NCBI GenBank assembly: GCA_050250555.1
Contig: JBFWOK010000004.1
Coordinates: 17,526 to 81,525 of the forward strand
DNA: 64,000 nucleotides
DNA from: Limisphaerales bacterium
GTDB taxonomy: Bacteria > Verrucomicrobiota > Verrucomicrobiia > Limisphaerales > CAIMTB01
Reading direction: 5' to 3'
How positions within the stretch are numbered: position 1 is the first letter of the stretch; each line of letters begins with the position of its first letter. Of the stretch, positions 51,667-62,700 are shown piece by piece. The translations under genes and the position numbers were made by a program. A model generated the notes under the pieces. That model did not search any database and was not told the origin of the DNA. It saw only the letters and a list, made by a program, of their open reading frames with translations.

Positions 51667-54492
51667 ATGCCCCGGGAACGTCACCCTCAACCCGGAATCC
51701 ATTCCCGGCGCGGCCAGAGGCCGGGTCACCTGCGTTCCATCGTCGCCCCCACCCTCATCGGCGTATTCATCGCCCTCGTTTCGCTCTTCCTTCTCCATCC
51801 TTCGTCCATCCCAGGTTCCAGCCTCTCCCGCGCCAGCTACGACCTCACACTCCGCGTGCTCGACCACCCCAGTCCGCCCACGACCGACACCTCGCCCCTC
51901 CTCGTGGTCTACGTCGACCGACGCACGTTCGACACGCTCGGCCTGGCCCCCTCCAAACCCCTTGATCGCTCGTGGCACGCTCGTCTTCTCCAACGCCTCC
52001 GTCGCGCCCGCTCTTCCATCGTGCTCTTCGACATTGTGTTCGATCAGCCCGCGCCCAATCGCGAAGCCGACCAACTCCTCGCCCAGGCCATCCGTGATCA
52101 CGGCCAGGTCATCCTCGGCGCCGAATGGCACAGCTCCGATCTCACGCTTCCCAATTCACCAAAAGTCGCCATCCGGAGCCTCAGTTATCCCACGTCCAAC
52201 CTCCTCGCCGCCGCCAGCGGCCACGGCTTCGTCTTCTCCCTCGTCGACCCCGATTTCACCGTCCGCCGTCACTTCTCCGGCTTCCGGGATCGCGCCATTC
52301 CCAGCCTTTCGTGGGAAGCCGCACGGCGCCTCGAACTTCCCGTCACCACGGATCCCCGGCTCACCGACCTTCCCCGGTGGATGAACTATTACGGTCCCCC
52401 GCTCGCACTCCCGCACGTCAGCTTCGCCGATGCCCTCGACCCTGCCATCACCCCCGACGCGCTCTTTCGCGATCGGATCATCCTCGTCGGCGCCCGTCCC
52501 ACGATCGGTGGCTTCGATGAACGTCGGGACGAATGGCGCAACCCGCTCTCCCGCCTCGGCCGCGGCTCTCCCTTCATGCCCGCCGCCGAAGTCCACGCCA
52601 CCGAACTCCTCAACCTCGTCCGCTCTGACTGGCTGTGGCGCCTCTCCCCAGCAACCGAGTCGACCGCCGCGTGCCTCATCGCCGTTGCCCTCGCCTTCCT
52701 CGTCGTTCCCCTCAGGCCCCCACGCCTCGCCGCCGCCGCCGTCGCCGCCGAAATCTCCCTCCTTTTCGGCGTCGCCTACGTCGCCAACGCGCACCGCCTC
52801 TGGATCCCCTGGCTGATTCCAGCCGCGATCCAAATCCCCGCCGCCATCAGCGGATCGTTCCTCGTCCACTCGGTCTCCTGGTATCGCCAGCGCCGACGGT
52901 TCCTCGCCAGCATCCGGGAGCAGGCGGCGCTTCTCGACAAGGCCCAGGATGCCATTCTCGTTCTTGACCACGAAGGCGTGCCCACCTACGCCAATCCGCG
53001 CGCCCGTGCCCTCTACGGTTGGACCCATGCCCTCCCGGGCGAACCTGGCCCGCGGGAACCCACCCCGCCCGGTGACCGCAACCCCGCGATTTCGCAGCCT
53101 GACACCGGCCAACAACCCGGCTCACCTCTCCAGGTCGAAGCGCCTCCCTCCCCCACTCCCTCCCTCCGCGAGGTCCTCCTCGCCACCCGCCACGACGGGG
53201 AATGGACGGGCGAACTCCACCAGCGCAATGCCCAGGGCCAACCCATCGTCGTCGAATGCAGGGCCACCCTCATCCGCAACCCAGGCGACCCCGACCCCCA
53301 CCCCCGTTTCCTCTTCATCAACACCGACGTCACCGAGCGCAAACGGCTCCAGGAACAGTTCCTCCGCACCCAGCGCCGCGAATCCATCGGCGCCCTCGCC
53401 GGAGGCATGGCCCATGATCTCAACAACGCCCTCGCGCCGATTCTCATGGGGATCCAGACCCTCCGCGCACGCTCCCAGGACGCCGCCACACGCCGCATGC
53501 TCGACATCATGGAGAATCACACCCAACGCGGAGCCGGCATGGTCCGCCAGGTTCTCCTCTTCGCCCGCGGACAGGCCACCGCCAGCTCCCCATTGCAAAT
53601 CCGCACGCTCCTCAACGAACTCCACGATCTTCTCCGACATTCCCTACCCCGCGACATCACTCTGACCGTGCTCGCACCCGACGACCTCTGGCCCATTCAA
53701 GCCAACCCCGTCCAACTCCAACAGGTCCTCCTCAACCTCTGCCTCAACGCCCGCGACGCCATGCCCCACGGCGGACGTCTCACGCTCGCCGCCGACAATG
53801 CCGAACTGGATCACTCCGAAATCTCCGACCTCCCGGCGCTCCGCCCGGGCCGGCATGTCATGATCCTCGTGTCGGACACGGGAACCGGAATGCCCCCGGA
53901 GGTTCTTTCCCACCTCTTCGAGCCGTTTTTCACCACCAAACCCCCCGGGGCCGGCACAGGACTCGGCCTTGCCACCGTCGCCTCCCTCGTCAAAGCCCAC
54001 GGCGGCGACCTCCGCGTCAACTCCCATCCGGGACAGGGCTCCACGTTCGAGATCTACCTGCCCGTCCCAGCGCCCGCCTCGCCCCAATCCCCAGCGGAAC
54101 CCGCCCGCGGCCGCGGAGAATTCGTACTCGTCGTCGATGATGAACTCTCCATCCGCGACCTCCTCCGAGAAGGACTCCTCGCCCACGGATACCGGGTCCT
54201 CACGGCCAGCCATCCGATGGAGGCCCTCTCCCTGGCGCGGCGGCACGCTGAACGCCTCAGCCTCGTCATCACAGGTCCGGGGCCAGGCCCCACCCCGGGT
54301 CTCAGCCTCGCCGCCATCCTCCGTCGCGAATACCCGAGCCTCCCCCTCGTGATCGTCACGGAACGTGCCGACGCGGCCCACCCACTGGACGATGGCCCCG
54401 GCCCCACCCCGCCCGTACTCACCAAGCCGTTCCGGCTCGAAGACCTCCTGGCCCAAGTCCATCGCGTCCTCAATGCCCAACCGGATCCATAG
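51667..54492 (+). CDS. CHASE2-domain hybrid sensor histidine kinase (CHASE2, TM, PAS, HisKA, HATPase, REC-like)
   Basis: CHASE2 (VVYVDRRTFDTLG...IVLFDIVFDQP), H-box GGMAHDLNNAL, N/G boxes (LNLCLNARDAM, DTGTGM, GTGLGLA), and a C-terminal REC-like domain. Confidence 0.9.
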   Translation: MPRERHPQPGIHSRRGQRPGHLRSIVAPTLIGVFIALVSLFLLHPSSIPGSSLSRASYDLTLRVLDHPSPPTTDTSPLLVVYVDRRTFDTLGLAPSKPLDRSWHARLLQRLRRARSSIVLFDIVFDQPAPNREADQLLAQAIRDHGQVILGAEWHSSDLTLPNSPKVAIRSLSYPTSNLLAAASGHGFVFSLVDPDFTVRRHFSGFRDRAIPSLSWEAARRLELPVTTDPRLTDLPRWMNYYGPPLALPHVSFADALDPAITPDALFRDRIILVGARPTIGGFDERRDEWRNPLSRLGRGSPFMPAAEVHATELLNLVRSDWLWRLSPATESTAACLIAVALAFLVVPLRPPRLAAAAVAAEISLLFGVAYVANAHRLWIPWLIPAAIQIPAAISGSFLVHSVSWYRQRRRFLASIREQAALLDKAQDAILVLDHEGVPTYANPRARALYGWTHALPGEPGPREPTPPGDRNPAISQPDTGQQPGSPLQVEAPPSPTPSLREVLLATRHDGEWTGELHQRNAQGQPIVVECRATLIRNPGDPDPHPRFLFINTDVTERKRLQEQFLRTQRRESIGALAGGMAHDLNNALAPILMGIQTLRARSQDAATRRMLDIMENHTQRGAGMVRQVLLFARGQATASSPLQIRTLLNELHDLLRHSLPRDITLTVLAPDDLWPIQANPVQLQQVLLNLCLNARDAMPHGGRLTLAADNAELDHSEISDLPALRPGRHVMILVSDTGTGMPPEVLSHLFEPFFTTKPPGAGTGLGLATVASLVKAHGGDLRVNSHPGQGSTFEIYLPVPAPASPQSPAEPARGRGEFVLVVDDELSIRDLLREGLLAHGYRVLTASHPMEALSLARRHAERLSLVITGPGPGPTPGLSLAAILRREYPSLPLVIVTERADAAHPLDDGPGPTPPVLTKPFRLEDLLAQVHRVLNAQPDP

Positions 54493-54646
54493 ATCAACGA
54501 ACCCCGCGTCCCTCCGTATCCTGAATCAAGGTCCGAAGGACCGGCCTGTTGATAGCCAACGCCCAGCAAGGCGCCCAAAGTCCGCGGAAACGTCTCTTCT
54601 GGCGCGGCAGTCTGGCCGCCTCGGCCGTTGCCCAAAGCTCTCCCAC

Positions 54647-55294
54647 TCACAACTCACTTCGATGCTCGATGGCGAACTGGAGCAGGCGGTGGTCGCCCCT
54701 CAGATCCAGCTTGCGGGCGATGTTGTTCCGATGGGTCTCCACCGTCCGGTGGCTGATCGACATCTCCGCCGCGATCTCCTTGCAGCTCATCCCCGCCGCC
54801 GTGAATCGCAGAACCCGACGTTCGGTCCCGGTCAGCATCTCGAGCGCCGGTCGTTCCTGTTCCAACTGCTCCCGACGATTCCGGCGCTTCATCAGGTACC
54901 CCGAGATCGCCGGGCTCAGATACGTCTCCCCGCGCGCCACGGACCGAACCGCCTCCAACAGTTCCGTCACCGCCTTGTCCTTCACGACGTAACCCTTCAC
55001 CCCGGCGTCCAACGCGGCGTTCACCATGGACTCCTGCTTGAACATCGTCATCACGATCACCGACAAACCCCGCTTCGCCCGCTCCCATTCGCGCGCGAGC
55101 GTCAGCCCATCGCCGCCCGGGATCTCGATGTCGAGCACCACGATGTCCGGCCGCGTTTCCCCAACCACCCGCCGGGCGCCATCCGCGTCCCCCGCCTCAC
55201 CGACCACCTTCATCGACGGTTCGCCCGCTAGAACCGCGCGAAGGCCAGCCCGAAAGATCGGGTGATCGTCCACGATGCAGAGCGTCGTCGTCAT
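54647..55294 (-). CDS. LuxR/NarL-family response regulator
   Basis: IVDDHPIFRAGL, DIVVLDIEIPGGDG, and HTH LTGTERRVLRFTAAGMSCKEIAAEMSISHRTVETHRNNI. Confidence 0.9.
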   Translation of the reverse strand: MTTTLCIVDDHPIFRAGLRAVLAGEPSMKVVGEAGDADGARRVVGETRPDIVVLDIEIPGGDGLTLAREWERAKRGLSVIVMTMFKQESMVNAALDAGVKGYVVKDKAVTELLEAVRSVARGETYLSPAISGYLMKRRNRREQLEQERPALEMLTGTERRVLRFTAAGMSCKEIAAEMSISHRTVETHRNNIARKLDLRGDHRLLQFAIEHRSEL

Positions 55295-55306
55295 CCCTCC
55301 ACGTTC

Positions 55307-56734
55307 TCAGGGTCCCGAAGGTTTCGGATCAACGGTCCACCCGACGGGTTGGGTCCATGCCCGCTTGAACCCGAATTCCGTGCTGGGAACCTCCGGCGCT
55401 CCGGTTGAGGTCACCACCGCTCGGACGTAAAGCTCGTCGCCCGTCATCCGGTACTTGGGTTCCACACCGGAAACCTCCGCCAACACCTCCCCGATCCGAG
55501 GACCGTCTTCCGTCCGGTAATCCAACGACGTCTCGATCACCTTCCCATCCGGACCCAACCGGGGCCGCCCGACGACGTTCACGCCTCGGCGGGTTCCGAT
55601 GAACCGCGTGACAAAGGTCTCGTCGTCCTTCGGCCGGATTCGGACCGAGAGCGTCTTTTCCGCGGCGTCGAAGCGAACGTCGTCCAACTCCACTCCCGTG
55701 CTGGCATAGAAATCGCCGGCTCGCATGGCGCGGATCAGGTGCTCGGGCGTGAGAAAACGGGACCGGACCATGACCCACGCGCGACCGGGTTTGGCCCGCA
55801 CCTTGTTGCCCTGGTAGTGATGCGAATCGTCGGTGGCCAAGGCCCGGAGCGGGGCCGCGTTGAACACCGCCAGTCGAAGCGTGTTCGCGATGTCCCAGAT
55901 CTCGTCGGTCGACGGATGCAGCGCGTCCCCGGGATCGTTGTCGCCGTCGACGCCGTTCCAGATCTCGAAGAAATCCTCGTCCACGACGGCGGCGAGATCC
56001 TCGGCGGTCACGCCCCACTTGTAGTTGGGATGATTCACGTGGATGAGAACCTGCCTTTTCGCGCGCGCCGCCGAATCCGCGACGACGCGAAGGGTTCGGG
56101 ACATGACCTCCTGGACATTGGCGCCGGGCTGGGTGGCGATCCATTCGTGGATGTTGACGGCTCCGATGTGGATGGCGCGCCCGTTGGTGGCGTTCGTGGT
56201 GATCTCCTCGGCCTGGATCAGGAGGAACCGTCCGGCCTCCTCCACGCGGGTCCTGTATTCATCGAGGGGCTTCAGACGGACCTGTTCCTGTCCGTTGGTC
56301 GGGTTCAGGCGCGTTTCCACCCAGTGGTGCCCGAAGCGCTCCAGGTAGCCGGCGACCGCGTCCCGCGGGGTGAAAGATTCGCCGCGCCAGGGTTCGCCCT
56401 TCGCCCTTTCACGCACACCGACGACCGGCATCCAACGGTCGCCCTGACTGAGGACGTTATGATCCGACAGCGCCAGAAAATGGTAGCCTCGGTCCTTGTA
56501 CCATTCCGCGACGACCTCCGGGAACTCATCGCCATCGGACCAGAGGGTGTGGGTATGAAGGTTGCCCTTCCACCAGCGGGGATCGTCCGAGGCGTCCACG
56601 GCGCCGCCGAAGACCAGAACGATCAGGAATCTCGTCAGCCAACGCACGTCGTCGAGGCAACGCGATGACACCCGCCACTTCAAGTCAAAGAGCCGTGTCA
56701 AAGAGCCGCGTCGACCGGGACACGGGCCGGACAC
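55307..56734 (-). CDS. PHP/CehA-McbA-type metal-dependent phosphoesterase, probably secreted
   Basis: WWKGNLHTHTLWSDGDEFPEVVAEWYKDRGYHFLALSDHN. The likely true start is the GTG at 56647, which gives signal peptide RWLTRFLIVLVFGGAVDA. Confidence 0.75.
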   Translation of the reverse strand: MSGPCPGRRGSLTRLFDLKWRVSSRCLDDVRWLTRFLIVLVFGGAVDASDDPRWWKGNLHTHTLWSDGDEFPEVVAEWYKDRGYHFLALSDHNVLSQGDRWMPVVGVRERAKGEPWRGESFTPRDAVAGYLERFGHHWVETRLNPTNGQEQVRLKPLDEYRTRVEEAGRFLLIQAEEITTNATNGRAIHIGAVNIHEWIATQPGANVQEVMSRTLRVVADSAARAKRQVLIHVNHPNYKWGVTAEDLAAVVDEDFFEIWNGVDGDNDPGDALHPSTDEIWDIANTLRLAVFNAAPLRALATDDSHHYQGNKVRAKPGRAWVMVRSRFLTPEHLIRAMRAGDFYASTGVELDDVRFDAAEKTLSVRIRPKDDETFVTRFIGTRRGVNVVGRPRLGPDGKVIETSLDYRTEDGPRIGEVLAEVSGVEPKYRMTGDELYVRAVVTSTGAPEVPSTEFGFKRAWTQPVGWTVDPKPSGP

Positions 56735-56781
56735 GGCGGAATGGCTTGCCTGCCGGACGTGGGATCGGATTAGGTCGCTCC

Positions 56782-59700
56782 ATGGCGCTCAAGAGCCCGC
56801 GATTTCGCCCCCCTCCCGGCCGGCACTTCGGAGCGCTGGCGGCGCTGATTCTACTGGTCGGCGGCGCCACCCCCGGTTCGCGCGCGGCGGAACCCACCGA
56901 GGCCCCCGCGGGCGTGCGTCTCCTTCCTCCCGAGCCCGGGCCGGGTGGCTGGCGCATCGCGTGGATCAGCGCGCCCGGCGGTGTGTACGAACTCCAACGC
57001 TGGGATGGCCTCGAAGTGGATCCCTCCCAACGTCCCGTCTGGCAGCCGGCCGGTCGCATCCAGGCCACCGACTCCGTCGCGTTCGTCGACGAACCCGCCG
57101 CGCTCACGGGCCGGCGCTTCTACCGCATTGCGCGGATCGACTCCGGGCCCGCGCCGGATGTTTCCCCACCCCTGCTTTCAGCGTTTCGGGCCGAACTCCT
57201 GGGGGTGACGGCAACCTCGAGGGTACGACTCTCGGTCTCGGCCAGCGACGTTTCCGGTGTCCGCGAAGTCCGCTTCCTGGCGAACGACAGCCCGCTTGGC
57301 GCCGCCCAATTCCTCGCCGGGCTTTGGTCGCTCGAAGTCCCGCTGGACCGCATCAACGCCGCAACCCATCTCACGGTCCGCGCCTCGGACAATGCGGGCA
57401 ACGTCGCATCCGCGCGCATCGACCCGCCTCGAATCTCGGACACAAACCGTCGCTTCGTCGCGCTCGACGCCAGCGGTCGTCCCGTCCCGAACAACCCGGT
57501 CGCCCTCGCACCCGGTCCGCTTCCGCCCTTGCGGTACCTCCCAGGGGGCGCCGTCGGCCCGCGGGGATCCCTGGTGGTGGACCTTCCCCAAGGCGCCCAA
57601 CTCATCACCGATGATGACCGCGACGTGCTCCGGTTCAACCAGGCCGAGATCCGGCTCGGTCGTGGAACAGCGCTCCAATTCGACACCCGCTCCCTGGCGC
57701 CCGCCGCGCCGGCCCTCCACGCCCCTCCCACCGGCCGCACGCTCACACCGATCGACGGCGGCATCCGCGTCACCAGCGCCAATGTCCTCGAACTTCCCAT
57801 CGGTGAACTCACCGCTTCGGACCTCGAATCGCTGCTCGGTCTCGCGCCCGGGGAAGGTGTTCCGCTCCGCGTCTTCGAGCAATTCGACCTGCGCTGGCAT
57901 TCGGGCGTTCTCGACGACACGGGCATCCGTGGAGGGCGGTTCGCCTTCGCGGGCCTTCCCGTGCCAGCCCTTTCGGGCGACTACCCGGATCACGTGCTTC
58001 CGTTCGGGGAGATCGACGAAATCCGGCTTCCCTTCCACGGGCGTTACACCTGGCCCGGGGGCGGCGCCGAATCGCCGCAACTCCAGGTTGGCCCCGCCGA
58101 CCCGGGATGGCTGACGCTGCGCCCCGACGGTTCGATGGGGTGGCACAACCGGAGCGAAATCCGTTTCCCCGGCGGCGGCCGGCTCCGCGTCGACATCGGA
58201 CTCGACGATCCGCTGTATCGCTTCGGCGTTTTCGCCGATAGCGTCCAGGTGCCGTTGATCGGCAACCTGGCGGACCTGATCCTGCCGGACAATCCCGCGG
58301 CCTGTCTCGACCCCGGGTTGGACGCCGCGGCCTTGACGCGGGCCACCGGCTGCCTCGAAGCCCTCGGGTTGGCCTATTTCAACGTCAGCGCCAGCGCCGT
58401 CGCGGCCGCTCCGATTCCCGAGAACCCAGACGTCGGGGGACTGCCACTCCCTCCGGACGACCTCGACACTTCCGTCAGCGTGCTCAACGCCTGGGGCCAC
58501 CGGGCCGTGGCGGCGGTCGGCGCGGCGCTCCCCATGGCCCCGCAGCGGGAACTCTTCGCGCACACCGGCCAGTCCGCCGCGGCCGCCACCGATCTCGCTT
58601 CCGCGGCGCGGCATCGGGCCGCGCTGGCGAGAGCCACCGTGGCCCTTCACAAGGGTGGACTCTCCGGTTCCGCGGACGACACCGCGGCTCTCGAAGCCGC
58701 GCTCGAAGAAGCGACCGCAGCCGCGCTGCATCGAACCCGGTCGGCCTCGGGTGTGGCGAGTTACTCCGCCCTTCTCGAAACCCTGGAAGCCCTTGTCGAA
58801 ACACAGACCCTGCTCGCCGAAGCCGACAGGCCGCCCGACCAGAACCTGCACGCCGCGGTCGGCGAACGTCTCCAGGAGTTTCTTTCGGCGCGCCTGGAAT
58901 CGCTCGAGATCCTTCCCAGCCAATTCTCCGCCGCGACGGACTCGCCCGTGGCGCGGATGAACCGATTTACCCTGTTCCAACATCTCCACGAACTGCTCGA
59001 TGCGCTCGCCCAGGCGGCCGTCCTCGAGATCGAGGAGATCATCCATGTTCCCTCGGACGAGGCGCTGACCCAGTTCGCTCAACGACTCTGGGTCCTGATC
59101 GAAGCCGCCCTCGCGGAATCCGAAGCCGCGGACGACATCCACGGATTCCTCTTCGCGTTCGAAGATCTCCTCGACCTTCAGGCCTCCCGGCAGCTTTCGA
59201 TTTTCCCCGACCGCCCCGAGCTGAGTGGCATCCCCATGCCGGGTACGGCCGGGTTCGCCGCCATTGTGTCCCGTCTCGACGCCTTGTTCGTCGCCGATCT
59301 CGCCCGGCCGTATCCCGAGCGCACCCTCAATAACGAACGCGTCGAACTTCGCCGACTCGCGCGGATCCTTCGTGAGATCCCGGCCGACGTCACCCTTGCG
59401 GCCGCGCCCTTCGAGAGGGCCCACGAACGCGTCAACGAGAAGCTCGCCGATGCGGCGCAACAACCTGCTTCCATCCATTCGGTCGGCCACCTCGTGGCCC
59501 TCGTCGAAATCGGAATCCTCAACGAACAGCTCCGGCGACGGATGGATCTTCCCGAGGCGGCCGACTGGGACGGGACCCAGCTTCCGACCTTGATCGCGCT
59601 GCTGGCCGAGGTCGGCACGGTTCAACGCGCGTGGTCGGAACTGAACCGGATGCGGGTGATCCTGCTCGACGAATCCCGCCGTCTGGCCCAGGCCGGCGAC

Positions 59701-62700
59701 GCCCAACGACGCCGGCTTCACCTTGAAACGGCCTTCCCGATACTCGTCGCCGCCCGCGACGTCGCGGTGGCGCTCTGGGAGTCGGAAAGGGATCGCCGCA
59801 ACCTTTCCCCGTTGGGTGTCGCCGATCTCTTCCTTCCGGGGGATCTCGTCATCGACCACGCGGCGGGAGCCGCCATGGGCGACCGCCACGCGGGTTGGAT
59901 CACCGGCGGATTCCGCGGACGCCTCGGCCTTCCGAAATTCGACGGGCGCCTCGAAGTCCTGAACGCCTCGTTCGATCAGTCCGGCGCCTTCGACCTCGCC
60001 GTTTACGGTTCGGCCGGCTTCCGCGGCGCCACGTTCGGCATCTCCAGCCGCCAACCGCTCACCGTCTCCCACCGCGCGCCCGGACCGATCCGTTTCCAAG
60101 GAGAGAGCTTTCTCACCCTGCCCAATGGGATGAGCTTCTTCGCGCGCATGGTGTCCGACGACCCGACCTACGGGTTCCGATTCGAAGCGCGGGACCTACG
60201 GTTCGAGCTCGTTCGCGAACTCGCGCTTCTTCGACCGACCTTGAACCTTGCCGAGGTCAGCCAGTCGGCGGACGCGCTGGGACAAGCCTACCTGGACTAT
60301 TTTGGTTCCCTGAACGCGGGCCTCGAAGGGCTCGCGCGCCAGGCCGGCGATCTTCCCGAGATTGATCCCGCGACCGTCGGGCAGCCGCCGACCTACCGGG
60401 CGCCCCAGATCAACCTGCCCTTTTCCGAACTCAACGCCTGGTCCGCGAGCGTCCTGCTCACGGTCGAACAGAACGCGAACCGCAGCCACGCGCTCACGGC
60501 CACGAGTCTTCGGCAGGTCTTTCAGACCCTTCACGACGACGCCCAACTCGCGGCTGAAACGCTTGAGACCGAGCGGCAGTTTCTCGAACTCCAACTCGAT
60601 CGCCTCGCCGTCATCCGCCGAAGCGCCGAAGCCTTTCAGGCGGCCGACGCGGACCTGCTTCTCGGTCAGGAACCCGACGTCGCCGCGCTCACCGAGTCCG
60701 CCAGGACGTCGGTCCGCGCCGAGGCGAAACTCCACCAGCAACACCTCGCAGCGCGCCCGCCGAAGGACCTCGCCGAGGCGTCGCGCCACATCACGGTCCT
60801 CCTGGACATCACCGCTTCGGGCGAAGTCTTCGGCGCCTCATTCGACGACCTCGACGAGGATGGATTCCCGAACGAGACGGACAACTGCCCCGCGCTCTGG
60901 AGCGACGCGCCTCTTCCCGACGCCGACTCCGACGGACTCGGCGACGCTTGCGATCCCGCGCCGCAGGACTCCGGGGTTCCGAGCCTCGGCGCCTGTCGCG
61001 ATGCCGCGCGTCTGGCCGGCCGTCCACGCGACCAGGCCGCGGCTCTCCTGGCCTGCCAGGTGGATGCCGAACTCCGGCGGCTCGGACTGGATCCCGCGAA
61101 CGGATCGGTCGCCGTTCCGGCCTTGTTCGAGAGTTTTCCGGCCGAGGAGCTCGACTATCGGATGATTCAGATGCTCGACCTGCGGGCCGCGGCCACGACG
61201 CTCGGCGTGAACGAGGACGCGCTTGCCGCAGCGCGCATCCGACTTCGCGATCGTCTGCTGGCGCAGTGGGCCGGAGAGCTGTCCGCGGAGCCCGGGCCGA
61301 CGCCGCTTCGTCAGTACGAACTCGTTCTCCGGATCACCGAACTGGGAAGCCTGGAAGGGGCGCCCCCCGCAGGCCTGTGGACCGAGGTCCTGCGCGAAAA
61401 CGCGCCGGCGGTTCGCGAACTCTCGGATGCCGAGATCGAACGCCTGGGTGAAACGATCGAGAAACGGCGGATCGAGCGGGAGAAGCGCCTGGCCCGCCGC
61501 CTGGATCGGGCGTTTGGAAGGAATCTGGATCCCACGACCGATCGGATCGAGAACTCGCGCCGCCGCGGGGTCGTCGGGGATTCCCTGGTCCTGCTTCAGA
61601 GTTTCCTCGGTGGATTGACCCCTTCCAACGCCGCGTTCCGAACCCGGATCGACGACTTCGTCCGCCACCAGGTCGAGACCCTGCGCGAAGGCCTCGTCGA
61701 TCCGCAGTTCCTCGGCGCCCGACTGGGCGAGGCCGAATCGATGGCTCGGACTCTCGCGGACGCCGCCGCCTGGGTGGTCACGACGTTGCCGGCGGGGGAT
61801 CCTTTGGTGGAGGACCTGCGGCTGACGCTGAACGATTTCACGGTCCAACTCACCCCCGTCGCGGAAGCCCGTCGCGCCTGGTGGCTGTTGAACCGTTACG
61901 GCCGGGTGCTGGACCAGACTCTCCGAGCCCACGGCTCAACGATGAACAGCGCTCTCCGAGCCTCGTTCCAGGACGCCTTCGCCGCCACGGTCCTGGCCTC
62001 CGATCGGATTGCGACCGCGTTCTCGACCCTGATCAACGCCGCGGACGTCGAGGCCTTCAAGGTCCGGTTGCCCGGTGATCTCCGCGTGCGCCAGGTCTTC
62101 GGTGGCATCGGCTACGATCGTGCCTCCGAGGTGTGGACCGGAGACTTCGGGGGGCGCCTGGAATTCCCGGAGTTCGACAAGGCCTTCTTCGAAATCTCAC
62201 GCGCGACGATCGCGACGGACGGTTCGTTTCAGATCTCCGCCGCGACGGGTGGGCCGTTGCCGTTCGGGCGCCTTCGACTCACAACCTCGCTGCAGGTCGC
62301 CGGCGCCATCGGCGGGCTTCAGTCGATTTCGGGCACCGGTCTGCTGGCCGTCCCGTTCAACACCGCGACCAATCTCTACGGGGTCAGTGTCGGGTATGAT
62401 TTCTCGGAACACAGGTTCCGGTTCGACACCCAGGCCGATGGGATCGAGTGGCGGCTCGACGACGATTTCGTGCTGTTCGACGGCGGATTCGGGTTGGAAT
62501 TCTCGACTGCGGAACCCGATGGGGCCCTGACGTTCCGGGGTTCCGCGGGCCTTTTCGCCCGCCAGACCCCGCTTCCGACGTCGCTTCAGCGAACCAATTT
62601 CCACCTGCTGGTCACCAACGCCGCCATCCGGCTCGCCGCGACGACCAACTCACTCGGCGTGGCGCTCACGAACGGCACGCTCATTCTTCCCGAGTTCTTC

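Noticed and set aside
57178-60099. 973-aa minus-strand ORF
   Set aside because: It is the antisense shadow of the giant + strand ORF. Its composition is Arg/Gly/Glu/Val-rich with no motifs, as is typical for the opposite strand of a high-GC gene.
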